Positions 27,901-43,300 of a stretch of 64,000 nucleotides of DNA are shown in pieces. The DNA comes from Auanema rhodensis. Its lineage: Eukaryota; Animalia; Nematoda. Numbering within the stretch: position 1 is the stretch's first letter; every line of letters begins with the position of its first letter. The notes beneath the pieces are model-generated. The model saw only the letters and a list, made by a program, of their open reading frames with translations, searched no databases and had not been told where the DNA came from. The stretch is from NCBI GenBank assembly GCA_964057225.1, contig OZ059894.1, forward strand, positions 20,832,001 to 20,896,000, given 5' to 3'. Both the position numbers and the translations under genes were made by a program.

Positions 27901-29837
27901 TAAAAATCCGCATCGAATGCACTATACTACATTGAGAAACGCTTAATACAAAAACTAGTTATGATCGTTTGAAAAATGATGCATTAGTGTATGTTGAGTT
28001 TCCATGTACACTCAACATTGCTTCCAAAAACATTTTGACAAAAATTTTTTCGAAAAATTTCAAAATAATTTAGCAAAAAGTAGATGTTTTTAGATTCCTT
28101 TTTTCAAGGCAAAGACGATGGACAATGTTATTCAACGAAAAAATTAATTCTTCAGGGTGAAAATCGAGGATATAAGTGTGAACTTATATCAGTTGATATC
28201 TCGGTGCATTTTTAAGCTAGCGCAAATCTGATAACACAGATCGACGCAGCTTAAAAATCCGCATCGAATGCACTATACTACATTGAGAAACGCTCAATAC
28301 AAAAATTAGTTATGATCGTTTGAAAAATGATGCATTAGTGTATGTTGAGTTTCCATGTACACTCAACATTGCTTCCAAAAACATTTTGACAAAAATTTTT
28401 TCGAAAAATTTCAAAATAATTTAGCAAAAAGTAGATGTTTTTAGATTCCTTTTTTCAAGGCAAAGACGATGGACAATGTTATTCAACGAAAAAATTGATT
28501 CTTCAGGGTGAAAATCGAGGATATAAGTGTGAACTTATATCAGTTGATATCTCGGTGCATTTTTAAGCTAGCGCAAATCTGATAACACAGATCGACGCAG
28601 CTTCAAAATCCGCATCGAATGCACTATACTACATTGAGAAACGCTTAATACAAAAATTAGTTATGATCGTTTGAAAAATGATGCATTAGTGTATGTTGAG
28701 TTTCCATGTACACTCAACATTGCTTCCAAAAACATTTTGACGAAAATTTTTTCGAAAAATTTCGAAATAATTTAGCAAAAAGTAGATGTTTTTAGATTCC
28801 ATTTTTCAAGGCAAAGACGATAGACAATGTTATTCAACGAAAAAATTAATTCTTCAGGGTGAAAATCGAGGATATAAGTGTGAACTTATATCAGTTGATA
28901 TCTCGGTGCATTTTTAAGCTAGCGCAAATCTGATAACACAGATCGACGCAGCTTCAAAATCCGCATCGAATGCACTATACTACATTGAGAAACGCTTAAT
29001 ACAAAAATTAGTTATGATCGTTTGAAAAATGATGCATTAGTGTATGTTGAGTTTCCATGTACACTCAACATTGCTTCCAAAAACATTTTGACGAAAATTT
29101 TTTCGAGAAATTTCAAAATAATTTAGCAAAAAGTAGATGTTTTTAGATTCCTTTTTTCAAGGCAAAGACGATGGACAATGTTATTCAACGAAAAAATTAA
29201 TTCTTCAGGGTGAAAATCGAGGATATAAGTGTGAACTTATATCAGTTGATATCTCGGTGCATTTTTAAGCTAGCGCAAATCTGATAACACAGATCGACGC
29301 AACTTAAAAATCCGCATCGAATGCACTATACTACATTGAGAAACGTTTAATACAAAAATTAGTTATGATCGTTTGAAAAATGATGCATTAGTGTATGTTG
29401 AGTTTCCATGTACACTCAACATTGCTTCCAAAAACATTTTGACAAAAATTTTTTCGAAAAATTTCAAAATAATTTAGCAAAAAGTAGATGTTTTTAGATT
29501 CCATTTTTCAAGGCAAAGACGATGGACAATGTTATTCAACGAAAAAATTGATTCTTCAGGGTGAAAATCGAGGATATAAGTGTGAACTTATATCAGTTGA
29601 TATCTCGGTGCATTTTTAAGCTAGCGCAAATCTGATAACACAGATCGACGCAGCTTAAAAATCCGCATCGAATGCACTATACTACATTGAGAAACGCTTA
29701 ATACAAAAACTAGTTATGATCGTTTGAAAAATGATGCATTAGTGTATGTTGAGTTTCCATGTACACTCAACATTGCTTCCAAAAACATTTTGACAAAAAT
29801 TTTTTCGAAAAATTTCAAAATAATTTAGCAAAAAGTA

Positions 29838-32800
29838 GATGTTTTTAGATTCCTTTTTTCAAGGCAAAGACGATGGACAATGTTATTCAACGAAAAAATT
29901 AATTCTTCAGGGTGAAAATCGAGGATATAAGTGTGAACTTATATCAGTTGATATCTCGGTGCATTTTTAAGCTAGCGCAAATCTGATAACACAGATCGAC
30001 GCAGCTTAAAAATCCGCATCGAATGCACTATACTACATTGAGAAACGCTCAATACAAAAATTAGTTATGATCGTTTGAAAAATGATGCATTAGTGTATGT
30101 TGAGTTTCCATGTACACTCAACATTGCTTCCAAAAACATTTCGACAAAAATTTTTTCGAAAAATTTCAAAATAATTTAGCAAAAAGTAGATGTTTTTAGA
30201 TTCCATTTTTCAAGGCAAAGACGATGGACAATGTTATTCAACGAAAAAATTGATTCTTCAGGGTGAAAATCGAGGATATAAGTGTGAACTTATATCAGTT
30301 GATATCTCGGTGCATTTTTAAGCTAGCGCAAATCTGATAACACAGAACGACGCAGCTTAAAAATTCGCATCGAATGCACTATACTACATTGAGAAACGCT
30401 TAATACAAAAATTAGTTATGATCGTTTGAAAAATGATGCTTTAGTGTATGTTGAGTTTCCATGTACACTCAACATTGCTTCCAAAAACATTTTGACAAAA
30501 ATTTTTTCGAAAAATTTCGAAATAATTTAGCAAAAAGTAGATGTTTTTAGATTCCATTTTTCAAGGCAAAGACGATGGACAATGGTATTTAACGAAAAAA
30601 TTAATTCTTCAGGGTGAAAATCGAGGATATAAGTGTGAACTTATATCAGTTGATATCTCGGTGCATTTTCAAGCTAGCGCAAATCTGATAACACAGAACG
30701 ACGCAGCTTAAAAATCCGCATCGAATGCACTATACTACATTGAGAAACGCTTAATACAAAAATTAGTTATGATCGTTTGAAAAATGATGCATTAGTGTAT
30801 GTTGAGTTTCCATGTACACTCAACATTGCTTCCAAAAACATTTTGACAAAAATTTTTTCGAGAAATTTCAAAATAATTTAGCAAAAAGTAGATGTTTTTA
30901 GATTCCTTTTTTCAAGGCAAAGACGATGGACAATGTTATTCAACGAAAAAATTAATTCTTCAGGGTGAAAATCGAGGATATAAGTGTGAACTTATATCAG
31001 TTGATATCTCGGTGCATTTTTAAGCCAGCTCAAATCTGATAACACAGATCGACGCAGCTTAAAAATCCGCATCGAATGCACTATACTACATTGAGAAACG
31101 CTTAATACAAAAACTAGTTATGATCGTTTGAAAAATGATGCATTAGTGTATGTTGAGTTTCCATGTACACTCAACATTGCTTCCAAAAACATTTTGACAA
31201 AAATTTTTTCGAAAAATTTCAAAATAATTTAGCAAAAAGTAGATGTTTTTAGATTCCTTTTTTCAAGGCAAAGACGATGGACAATGTTATTCAACGAAAA
31301 AATTAATTCTTCAGGGTGAAAATCGAGGATATAAGTGTGAACTTATATCAGTTGATATCTCGGTGCATTTTTAAGCTAGCGCAAATCTGATAACACAGAT
31401 CGACGCAGCTTAAAAATCCGCATCGAATGCACTATACTACATTGAGAAACGCTCAATACAAAAATTAGTTATGATCGTTTGAAAAATGATGCATTAGTGT
31501 ATGTTGAGTTTCCATGTACACTCAACATTGCTTCCAAAAACATTTTGACAAAAATTTTTTCGAAAAATTTCAAAATAATTTAGCAAAAAGTAGATGTTTT
31601 TATATTCCTTTTTTCAAGGCAAAGACGATGGACAATGTTATTCAACGAAAAAATTAATTCTTCAGGGTGAAAATCGAGGATATAAGTGTGAACTTATATC
31701 AGTTGATATCTCGGTGCATTTTTAAGCTAGCGCAAATCTGATAACACAGAACGACGCAGCTTAAAAATTCGCATCGAATGCACTATACTACATTGAGAAA
31801 CGCTTGATACAAAAATTAGTTATGATCGTTTGAAAAATGATGCATTAGTGTATGTTGAGTTTCCATGTACACTCAACATTGCTTCCAAAAACATTTTGAC
31901 AAAAATTTTTTCGAAAAATTTCGAAATAATTTAGCAAAAAGTAGATGTTTTTAGATTCCATTTTTCAAGGCAAAGACGATGGACAATGGTATTTAACGAA
32001 AAAATTAATTCTTCAGGGTGAAAATCGAGGATATAAGTGTGAACTTATATCAGTTGATATCTCGGTGCATTTTCAAGCTAGCGCAAATCTGATAACACAG
32101 AACGACGCAGCTTAAAAATCCGCATCGAATGCACTATACTACATTGAGAAACGCTTAATACAAAAATTAGTTATGATCGTTTGAAAAATGATGCATTAGT
32201 GTATGTTGAGTTTCCATGTACACTCAACATTGCTTCCAAAAACATTTTGACAAAAATTTTTTCGAGAAATTTCAAAATAATTTAGCAAAAAGTAGATGTT
32301 TTTAGATTCCTTTTTTCAAGGCAAAGACGATGGACAATGTTATTCAACGAAAAAATTAATTCTTCAGGGTGAAAATCGAGGATATAAGTGTGAACTTATA
32401 TCAGTTGATATCTCGGTGCATTTTTAAGCTAGCGCAAATCTGATAACACAGAACGACGCAGCTTAAAAATCCGCATCGAATGCACTATACTACATTGAGA
32501 AACGCTCAATACAAAAATTAGTTATGATCGTTTGAAAAATGATGCATTAGTGTATGTTGAGTTTCCATGTACACTCAACATTGCTTCCAAAAACATTTCG
32601 ACAAAAATTTTTTCGAAAAATTTCAAAATAATTTAGCAAAAAGTAGATGTTTTTAGATTCCATTTTTCAAGGCAAAGACGATGGACAATGTTATTCAACG
32701 AAAAAATTGATTCTTCAGGGTGAAAATCGAGGATATAAGTGTGAACTTATATCAGTTGATATCTCGGTGCATTTTTAAGCTAGCGCAAATCTGATAACAC

Positions 32801-34400
32801 AGAACGACGCAGCTTAAAAATTCGCATCGAATGCACTATACTACATATGGAAACGCTTAATACAAAAATTAGTTATGATCGTTTGAAAAATGATGCTTTA
32901 GTGTATGTTGAGTTTCCATGTACACTCAACATTGCTTCCAAAAACATTTTGACAAAAATTTTTTCGAAAAATTTCGAAATAATTTAGCAAAAAGTAGATG
33001 TTTTTAGATTCCATTTTTCAAGGCAAAGACGATGGACAATGGTATTTAACGAAAAAATTAATTCTTCAGGGTGAAAATCGAGGATATAAGTGTGAACTTA
33101 TATCAGTTGATATCTCGGTGCATTTTCAAGCTAGCGCAAATCTGATAACACAGAACGACGCAGCTTAAAAATCCGCATCGAATGCACTATACTACATTGA
33201 GAAACGCTTAATACAAAAATTAGTTATGATCGTTTGAAAAATGATGCATTAGTGTATGTTGAGTTTCCATGTACACTCAACATTGCTTCCAAAAACATTT
33301 TGACAAAAATTTTTTCGAGAAATTTCAAAATAATTTAGCAAAAAGTAGATGTTTTTAGATTCCTTTTTTCAAGGCAAAGACGATGGACAATGTTATTCAA
33401 CGAAAAAATTAATTCTTCAGGGTGAAAATCGAGGATATAAGTGTGAACTTATATCAGTTGATATCTCGGTGCATTTTTAAGCCAGCTCAAATCTGATAAC
33501 ACAGATCGACGCAGCTTAAAAATCCGCATCGAATGCACTATACTACATTGAGAAACGCTTAATACAAAAACTAGTTATGATCGTTTGAAAAATGATGCAT
33601 TAGTGTATGTTGAGTTTCCATGTACACTCAACATTGCTTCCAAAAACATTTTGACAAAAATTTTTTCGAAAAATTTCAAAATAATTTAGCAAAAAGTAGA
33701 TGTTTTTAGATTCCTTTTTTCAAGGCAAAGACGATGGACAATGTTATTCAACGAAAAAATTAATTCTTCAGGGTGAAAATCGAGGATATAAGTGTGAACT
33801 TATATCAGTTGATATCTCGGTGCATTTTTAAGCTAGCGCAAATCTGATAACACAGATCGACGCAGCTTAAAAATCCGCATCGAATGCACTATACTACATT
33901 GAGAAACGCTCAATACAAAAATTAGTTATGATCGTTTGAAAAATGATGCATTAGTGTATGTTGAGTTTCCATGTACACTCAACATTGCTTCCAAAAACAT
34001 TTTGACAAAAATTTTTTCGAAAAATTTCAAAATAATTTAGCAAAAAGTAGATGTTTTTATATTCCTTTTTTCAAGGCAAAGACGATGGACAATGTTATTC
34101 AACGAAAAAATTAATTCTTCAGGGTGAAAATCGAGGATATAAGTGTGAACTTATATCAGTTGATATCTCGGTGCATTTTTAAGCTAGCGCAAATCTGATA
34201 ACACAGAACGACGCAGCTTAAAAATTCGCATCGAATGCACTATACTACATTGAGAAACGCTTAATACAAAAATTAGTTATGATCGTTTGAAAAATGATGC
34301 ATTAGTGTATGTTGAGTTTCCATGTACACTCAACATTGCTTCCAAAAACATTTTGACAAAAATTTTTTCGAGAAATTTCAAAATAATTTAGCAAAAAGTA
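29838..34400. repeat. 7-monomer (2457-bp) tandem duplication, monomers 86-91 vs 93-98
   Basis: Rare markers repeat at a 2457 offset: TTTCGAC 30142/32599, ATGCTTT 30440/32897, AATGGTATTT, GCCAGCTC, TATATTCC. Confidence 0.88.
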
Positions 34401-37400
34401 GATGTTTTTAGATTCCTTTTTTCAAGGCAAAGACGATGGACAATGTTATTCAACGAAAAAATTAATTCTTCAGGGTGAAAATCGAGGATATAAGTGTGAA
34501 CTTATATCAGTTGATATCTCGGTGCATTTTTAAGCCAGCTCAAATCTGATAACACAGATCGACGCAGCTTAAAAATCCGCATCGAATGCACTATACTACA
34601 TTGAGAAACGCTTAATACAAAAATTAGTTATGATCGTTTGAAAAATGATGCATTAGTGTATGTTGAGTTTCCATGTACACTCAACATTGCTTCCAAAAAC
34701 ATTTTGACAAAAATTTTTTCGAAAAATTTCAAAATAATTTAGCAAAAAGTAGATGTTTTTAGATTCCTTTTTTCAAGGCAAAGACGATGGACAATGTTAT
34801 TCAACGAAAAAATTAATTCTTCAGGGTGAAAATCGAGGATATAAGTGTGAACTTATATCAGTTGATATCTCGGTGCATTTTTAAGCTAGCGCAAATCTGA
34901 TAACACAGATCGACGCAGCTTAAAAATCCGCATCGAATGCACTATACTACATTGAGAAACGCTCAATACAAAAATTAGTTATGATCGTTTGAAAAATGAT
35001 GCATTAGTGTATGTTGAGTTTCCATGTACACTCAACATTGCTTCCAAAAACATTTTGACAAAAATTTTTTCGAGAAATTTCAAAATAATTTAGCAAAAAG
35101 TAGATGTTTTTAGATTCCTTTTTTCAAGGCAAAGACGATGGACAATGTAATTCAACAAAAAAATTAATTCTTCAGGGTGAAAATCGAGGATATAAGTGTG
35201 AACTTATATCAGTTGATATCTCGGTGCATTTTTAAGCTAGCGCAAATCTGATAACACAGATCGACGCAACTTAAAAATCCGCATCGAATGCACTATACTA
35301 CATTGAGAAACGCTTAATACAAAAATTAGTTATGATCGTTTGAAAAATGATGCATTAGTGTATGTTGAGTTTCCATGTACACTCAACATTGCTTCCAAAA
35401 ACATTTTGACAAAAATTTTTTCGAAAAATTTCGAAATAATTTAGCAAAAAGTAGATGTTTTTAGATTCCATTTTTCAAGGCAAAGACGATGGACAATGGT
35501 ATTTAACGAAAAAATTAATTCTTCAGGGTGAAAATCGAGGATATAAGTGTGAACTTATATCAGTTGATATCTCGGTGCATTTTCAAGCTAGCACAAATCT
35601 GATAACACAGAACGACGCAGCTTAAAAATCCGCATAGAATGCACTATACTACATTGAGAAACGCTTAATACAAAAATTAGTTATGATCGTTTGAAAAATG
35701 ATGCATTAGTGTATGTTGAGTTTCCATGTACACTCAACATTGCTTCCAAAAACATTTTGACAAAAATTTTTTCGAAAAATTTCGAAATAATTTAGCAAAA
35801 AGTAGATGTTTTTAGATTCCATTTTTCAAGGCAAAGACGATGGACAATGGTATTTAACGAAAAAATTAATTCTTCAGGGTGAAAATCGAGGATATAAGTG
35901 TGAACTTATATCAGTTGATATCTCGGTGCATTTTCAAGCTAGCACAAATTTGATAACACAGAACGACGCAGCTTAAAAATCCGCATAGAATGCACTATAC
36001 TACATTGAGAAACGCTTAATACAAAAATTAGTTATGATCGTTTGAAAAATGATGCATTAGTGTATGTTGAGTTTCCATGTACACTCAACATTGCTTCCAA
36101 AAACATTTTGACAAAAATTTTTTCGAGAAATTTCAAAATAATTTAGCAAAAAGTAGATGTTTTTAGATTCCTTTTTTCAAGGCAAAGACGATGGACAATG
36201 TTATTCAACGAAAAAATTAATTCTTCAGGGTGAAAATCGAGGATATAAGTGTGAACTTATATCAGTTGATATCTCGGTGCATTTTTAAGCTAGCTCAAAT
36301 CTGATAACACAGATCGACGCAGCTTAAAAATCCGCATCGAATGCACTATACTACATTGAGAAACGCTTAATACAAAAATTAGTTATGATCGTTTGAAAAA
36401 TGATGCATTAGTGTATGTTGAGTTTCCATGTACACTCAACATTGCTTCCAAAAACATTTTGACAAAAATGTTTTCGAAAAATTTCAAAATAATTTAGCAA
36501 AAAGTAGATGTTTTTAGATTCCTTTTTTCAAGGAAAAGACGATGGACAATGTTATTCAACGAAAAAATTAATTCTTCAGGGTGAAAATCGAGGATATAAG
36601 TGTGAACTTATATCAGTTGATATCTCGGTGCATTTTTAAGCTAGCGCTAATCTGATAACACAGATCGACGCAGCTTAAAAATCCGCATCGAATGCACTAT
36701 ACTACATTGAGAAACGCTTAATACAAAAATTAGTTATGATCGTTTGAAAAATGATGCATTAGTGTATGTTGAGTTTCCATGTACACTCAACATTGCTTCC
36801 AAAAACATTTTGACAAAAATTTTTTCGAAAAATTTCAAAATAATTTAGCAAAAAGTAGATGTTTTTAGATTCCTTTTTTCAAGGCAAAGACGATGGACAA
36901 AGTTATTCAACGAAAAAATTAATTCTTCAGGGTTAAAATCGAGGATATAAGTGTAAACTTATATCAGTTGATATCTCGGTGCATTTTTAAGCTAGCGCAA
37001 ATCTGATAACACAGAACGACGCAGCTTAAAAATTCGCATCGAATGCACTATACTACATTGAGAAACGCTTAATACAAAAATTAGTTATGATCGTTTGAAA
37101 AATGATGCATTAGTGTATGTTGAGTTTCCATGTACACTCAACATTGCTTCCAAAAACATTTTGACAAAAATTTTTTCGAAAAATTTCAAAATAATTTAGC
37201 AAAAAGTAGATGTTTTTAGATTCCTTTTTTCAAGGCAAAGACGATGGACAATGTTATTCAACGAAAAAATTAATTCTTCAGGGTGAAAATCGAGGATATA
37301 AGTGTGAACTTATATCAGTTGATATCTCGGTGCATTTTTAAGCTAGCGCAAATCTGATAACACAGATCGACGCAACTTAAAAATCCGCATCGAATGCACT

Positions 37401-40367
37401 ATACTACATTGAGAAACGCTTAATACAAAAATTAGTTATGATCGTTTGAAAAATGATGCATTAGTGTATGTTGAGTTTCCATGTACACTCAACATTGCTT
37501 CCAAAAACATTTTGACAAAAATTTTTTCGAAAAATTTCAAAATAATTTAGCAAAAAGTAGATGTTTTTAGATTCCATTTTTTAAGGCAAAGACGATGGAC
37601 AATGTTATTCAACGAAAAAATTGATTCTTCAGGGTGAAAATCGAAGATATAAGTGTAAACTTATATCAGTTGATATCTCGGTGCATTTTTAAGCTAGCGC
37701 AAATCTGATAACACAGAACGACGCAGCTTAAAAATTCGCATCGAATGCACTATACTACATTGAGAAACGCTTAATACAAAAATTAGTTATGATCGTTTGA
37801 AAAATGATGCATTAGTGTATGTTGAGTTTCCATGTACACTCAACATTGCTTCCAAAAACATTTTGACAAAAATTTTTTCGAAAAATTTCGATATAATTTA
37901 GCAAAAAGTAGATGTTTTTAGATTCCATTTTTCAAAGCAAAGACGATGGACAATGTTATTCAACGAAAAAATTAATTCTTCAGGGTGAAAATCGAGGATA
38001 TAAGTGTGAACTTATATCAGTTGATATCTCGGTGCATTTTTAAGCTAGCGCAAATCTGATAACACAGATCGACGCAGCTTCAAAATCCGCATCGAATGCA
38101 CTATACTACATTGAGAAACGCTTAATACAAAAATTAGTTATGATCGTTTGAAAAATGATGCATTAGTGTATGTTGAGTTTCCATGTACACTCAACATTGC
38201 TTCCAAAAACATTTTGACAAAAATTTTTTCGAGAAATTTCAAAATAATTTAGCAAAAAGTAGATGTTTTTAGATTCCTTTTTTCAAGGCAAAGACGATGG
38301 ACAATGTTATTCAACGAAAAAATTAATTCTTCAGGGTGAAAATCGAGGATATAAGTGTGAACTTATATCAGTTGATATCTCGGTGCATTTTTAAGCTAGC
38401 GCAAATCTGATAACACAGATCGACGCAGCTTCAAAATCCGCATCGAATGCACTATACTACATTGAGAAACGCTTAATACAAAAATTAGTTATGATCGTTT
38501 GAAAAATGATGCATTAGTGTATGTTGAGTTTCCATGTACACTCAACATTGCTTCCAAAAACATTTTGACAAAAATTTTTTCGAAAAATTTCAAAATAATT
38601 TAGCAAAAAGTAGATGTTTTTAGATTCCTTTTTTCAAGGCAAAGACGATGGACAATGTTATTCAACGAAAAAATTAATTCTGCAGGGTGAAAATCGAGGA
38701 TATAAGTGTGAACTTATATCAGTTGATATCTCGGTGCATTTTTAAGCTAGCGCAAATCTGATAACACAGATCGACGCAACTTAAAAATCCGCATCGAATG
38801 CACTACACTACATTGAGAAACGCTTAATACAAAAATTAGTTATGATCGTTTGAAAAATGATGCATTAGTGTATGTTGAGTTTCCATGTACACTCAACATT
38901 GCTTCCAAAAACATTTTGACAAAAATTTTTTCGAAAAATTTCGAAATAATTTAGCAAAAAGTAGATGTTTTTAGATTCCATTTTTCAAAGCAAAGACGAT
39001 GGACAATGTTATTCAACGAAAAAATTAATTCTTCAGGGTGAAAATCGAGGATATAAGTGTGAACTTATATCAGTTGATATCTCGGTGCATTTTTAAGCTA
39101 GCGCAAATCTGATAACACAGATCGACGCAACTTAAAAATCCGCATCGAATGCACTATACTACATTGAGAAACGCTTAATACAAAAATTAGTTATGATCGT
39201 TTGAAAAATGATGCATTAGTGTATGTTCAGTTTCCATGTACACTCAACATTGCTTCCAAAAACATTTTGACAAAAATTTTTTCGAAAAATTTCAAAATAA
39301 TTTAGCAAAAAGTAGATGTTTTTAGATTCCTTTTTTCAAGGCAAAGACGATGGACAATGTTATTCAACGAAAAAATTAATTCTTCAGGGTGAAAATCGAG
39401 GATATAAGTGTGAACTTATATCAGTTGATATCTCGGTGCATTTTTAAGCTAGCGCAAATCTGATAACACAGATCGACGCAACTTAAAAATCCGCATCGAA
39501 TGCACTATACTACATTGAGAAACGCTTAATACAAAAATTAGTTATGATCGTTTGAAAAATGATGCATTAGTGTATGTTGAGTTTCCATGTACACTCAACA
39601 TTGCTTCCAAAAACATTTTGACAAAAATTTTTTCGAAAAATTTCAAAATAATTTAGCAAAAAGTAGATGTTTTTAGATTCCATTTTTTAAGGCAAAGACG
39701 ATGGACAATGTTATTCAACGAAAAAATTGATTCTTCAGGGTGAAAATCGAAGATATAAGTGTAAACTTATATCAGTTGATATCTCGGTGCATTTTTAAGC
39801 TAGCGCAAATCTGATAACACAGAACGACGCAGCTTAAAAATTCGCATCGAATGCACTATACTACATTGAGAAACGCTTAATACAAAAATTAGTTATGATC
39901 GTTTGAAAAATGATGCATTAGTGTATGTTGAGTTTCCATGTACACTCAACATTGCTTCCAAAAACATTTTGACAAAAATTTTTTCGAAAAATTTCAAAAT
40001 AATTTAGCAAAAAGTAGATGTTTTTAGATTCCATTTTTTAAGGCAAAGACGATGGACAATGTTATTCAACGAAAAAATTGATTCTTCAGGGTGAAAATCG
40101 AAGATATAAGTGTAAACTTATATCAGTTGATATCTCGGTGCATTTTTAAGCTAACGCAAATCTGATAACACAGATCGACGCAACTTAAAAATCCGCATCG
40201 AATGCACTATACTACATTGAGAAACGCTTAATACAAAAATTAGTTATGATCGTTTGAAAAATGATGCATTAGTGTATGTTGAGTTTCCTTGTACACTCAA
40301 CATTGCTTCCAAAAACATTTTGACAAAAATTTTTTCGAGAAATTTCAAAATAATTTAGCAAAAAGTA

Positions 40368-43300
40368 GATGTTTTTAGATTCCATTTTTCAAGGCAAAGA
40401 CGATGGACAATGTTATTCAACGAAAAAATTGATTCTTCAGGGTGAAAATCGAGGATATAAGTGTGAACTTATATCAGTTGATATCTCGGTGCATTTTTAA
40501 GCTAGCGCAAATCTGATAACACAGATCGACGCAGCTTAAAAATCCGCATCGAATGCACTATACTACATTGAGAAACGCTTAATACAAAAATTAGTTATGA
40601 TCGTTTGAAAAATGATGCATTAGTGTATGTTGAGTTTCCATGTACACTCAACATTGCTTCCAAAAACATTTTGACAAAAATTTTTTCGAAAAATTTCAAA
40701 ATAATTTAGCAAAAAGTAGATGTTTTTAGATTCCTTTTTTCAAGGCAAAGACGATGGACAATGTTATTCAACGAAAAAATTAATTCTTCAGGGTGAAAAT
40801 CGAGGATATAAGTGTGAACTTATATCAGTTGATATCTCGGTGCATTTTTAAGCTAGCGCAAATCTGATAACACAGATCGACGCAACTTAAAAATCCGCAT
40901 CGAATGCACTATACTACATTGAGAAACGCTTAATACAAAAATTAGTTATGATCGTTTGAAAAATGATGCATTAGTGTATGTTGAGTTTCCATGTACACTC
41001 AACATTGCTTCCAAAAACATTTTGACAAAAATTTTTTCGAAAAATTTCAAAATAATTTAGCAAAAAGTAGATGTTTTTAGATTCCATTTTTCAAGGCAAA
41101 GACGATGGACAATGTTATTCAACGAAAAAATTGATTCTTCAGGGTGAAAATCGAGGATATAAGTGTGAACTTATATCAGTTGATATCTCGGTGCATTTTT
41201 AAGCTAGCGCAAATCTGATAACACAGATCGACGCAGCTTAAAAATCCGCATCGAATGCACTATACTACATTGAGAAACGCTTAATACAAAAATTAGTTAT
41301 GATCGTTTGAAAAATGATGCATTAGTGTATGTTGAGTTTCCATGTACACTCAACATTGCTTCCAAAAACATTTTGACAAAAATTTTTTCGAAAAATTTCA
41401 AAATAATTTAGCAAAAAGTAGATGTTTTTAGATTCCTTTTTTCAAGGCAAAGACGATGGACAATGTTATTCAACGAAAAAATTAATTCTTCAGGGTGAAA
41501 ATCGAGGATATAAGTGTGAACTTACATCAGTTGATATCTCGGTGCATTTTTAAGCTAGCGCAAATCTGATAACACAGATCGACGCAACTTAAAAATCCGC
41601 ATCGAATGCACTATACTACATTGAGAAACGCTTAATACAAAAATTAGTTATGATCGTTTGAAAAATGATGCATTAGTGTATGTTGAGTTTCCATGTACAC
41701 TCAACATTGCTTCCAAAAACATTTTGACAAAAATTTTTTCGAAAAATTTCAGAATAATTTAGCAAAAAGTAGATGTTTTTAGATTCCATTTTTCAAGGCA
41801 AAGACGATGGACAATGTTATTCAACGAAAAAATTGATTCTTCAGGGTGAAAATCGAGGATATAAGTGTGAACTTATATCATTTGATATCTCGGTGCATTT
41901 TTAAGCTAGCGCAAATCTGATAACACAGATCGACGCAGCTTAAAAATCCGCATCGAATGCACTATACTACATTGAGAAACGCTTAATACAAAAATTAGTT
42001 ATGATCGTTTGAAAAATGATGCATTAGTGTATGTTGAGTTTCCATGTACACTCAACATTGCTTCCAAAAACATTTTGACAAAAATTTTTTCGAAAAATTT
42101 CAAAATAATTTAGCAAAAAGTAGATGTTTTTAGATTCCTTTTTTCAAGGCAAAGACGATGGACAATGTTATTCAACGAAAAAATTAATTCTTCAGGGTGA
42201 AAATCGAGGATATAAGTGTGAACTTATATCAGTTGATATCTCGGTGCATTTTTAAGCTAGCGCAAATCTGATAACACAGATCGACGCAACTTAAAAATCC
42301 GCATCGAATGCACTATACTACATTGAGAAACGCTTAATACAAAAATTAGTTATGATCGTTTGAAAAATGATGCATTAGTGTATGTTGAGTTTCCATGTAC
42401 ACTCAACATTGCTTCCAAAAACATTTTGACAAAAATTTTTTCGAAAAATTTCAAAATAATTTAGCAAAAAGTAGATGTTTTTAGATTCCATTTTTCAAGG
42501 CAAAGACGATGGACAATGTTATTCAACGAAAAAATTGATTCTTCAGGGTGAAAATCGAGGATATAAGTGTGAACTTATATCAGTTGATATCTCGGTGCAT
42601 TTTTAAGCTAGCGCAAATCTGATAACACAGATCGACGCAGCTTAAAAATCCGCATCGAATGCACTATACTACATTGAGAAACGCTTAATACAAAAATTAG
42701 TTATGATCGTTTGAAAAATGATGCATTAGTGTATGTTGAGTTTCCATGTACACTCAACATTGCTTCCAAAAACATTTTGACAAAAATTTTTTCGAAAAAT
42801 TTCAAAATAATTTAGCAAAAAGTAGATGTTTTTAGATTCCTTTTTTCAAGGCAAAGACGATGGACAATGTTATTCAACGAAAAAATTAATTCTTCAGGGT
42901 GAAAATCGAGGATATAAGTGTGAACTTATATCAGTTGATATCTCGGTGCATTTTTAAGCTAGCGCAAATCTGATAACACAGATCGACGCAACTTAAAAAT
43001 CCGCATCGAATGCACTATACTACATTGAGAAACGCTTAATACAAAAATTAGTTATGATCGTTTGAAAAATGATGCATTAGTGTATGTTGAGTTTCCATGT
43101 ACACTCAACATTGCTTCCAAAAACATTTTGACAAAAATTTTTTCGAAAAATTTCAAAATAATTTAGCAAAAAGTAGATGTTTTTAGATTCCATTTTTCAA
43201 GGCAAAGACGATGGACAATGTTATTCAACGAAAAAATTGATTCTTCAGGGTGAAAATCGAGGATATAAGTGTGAACTTATATCAGTTGATATCTCGGTGC

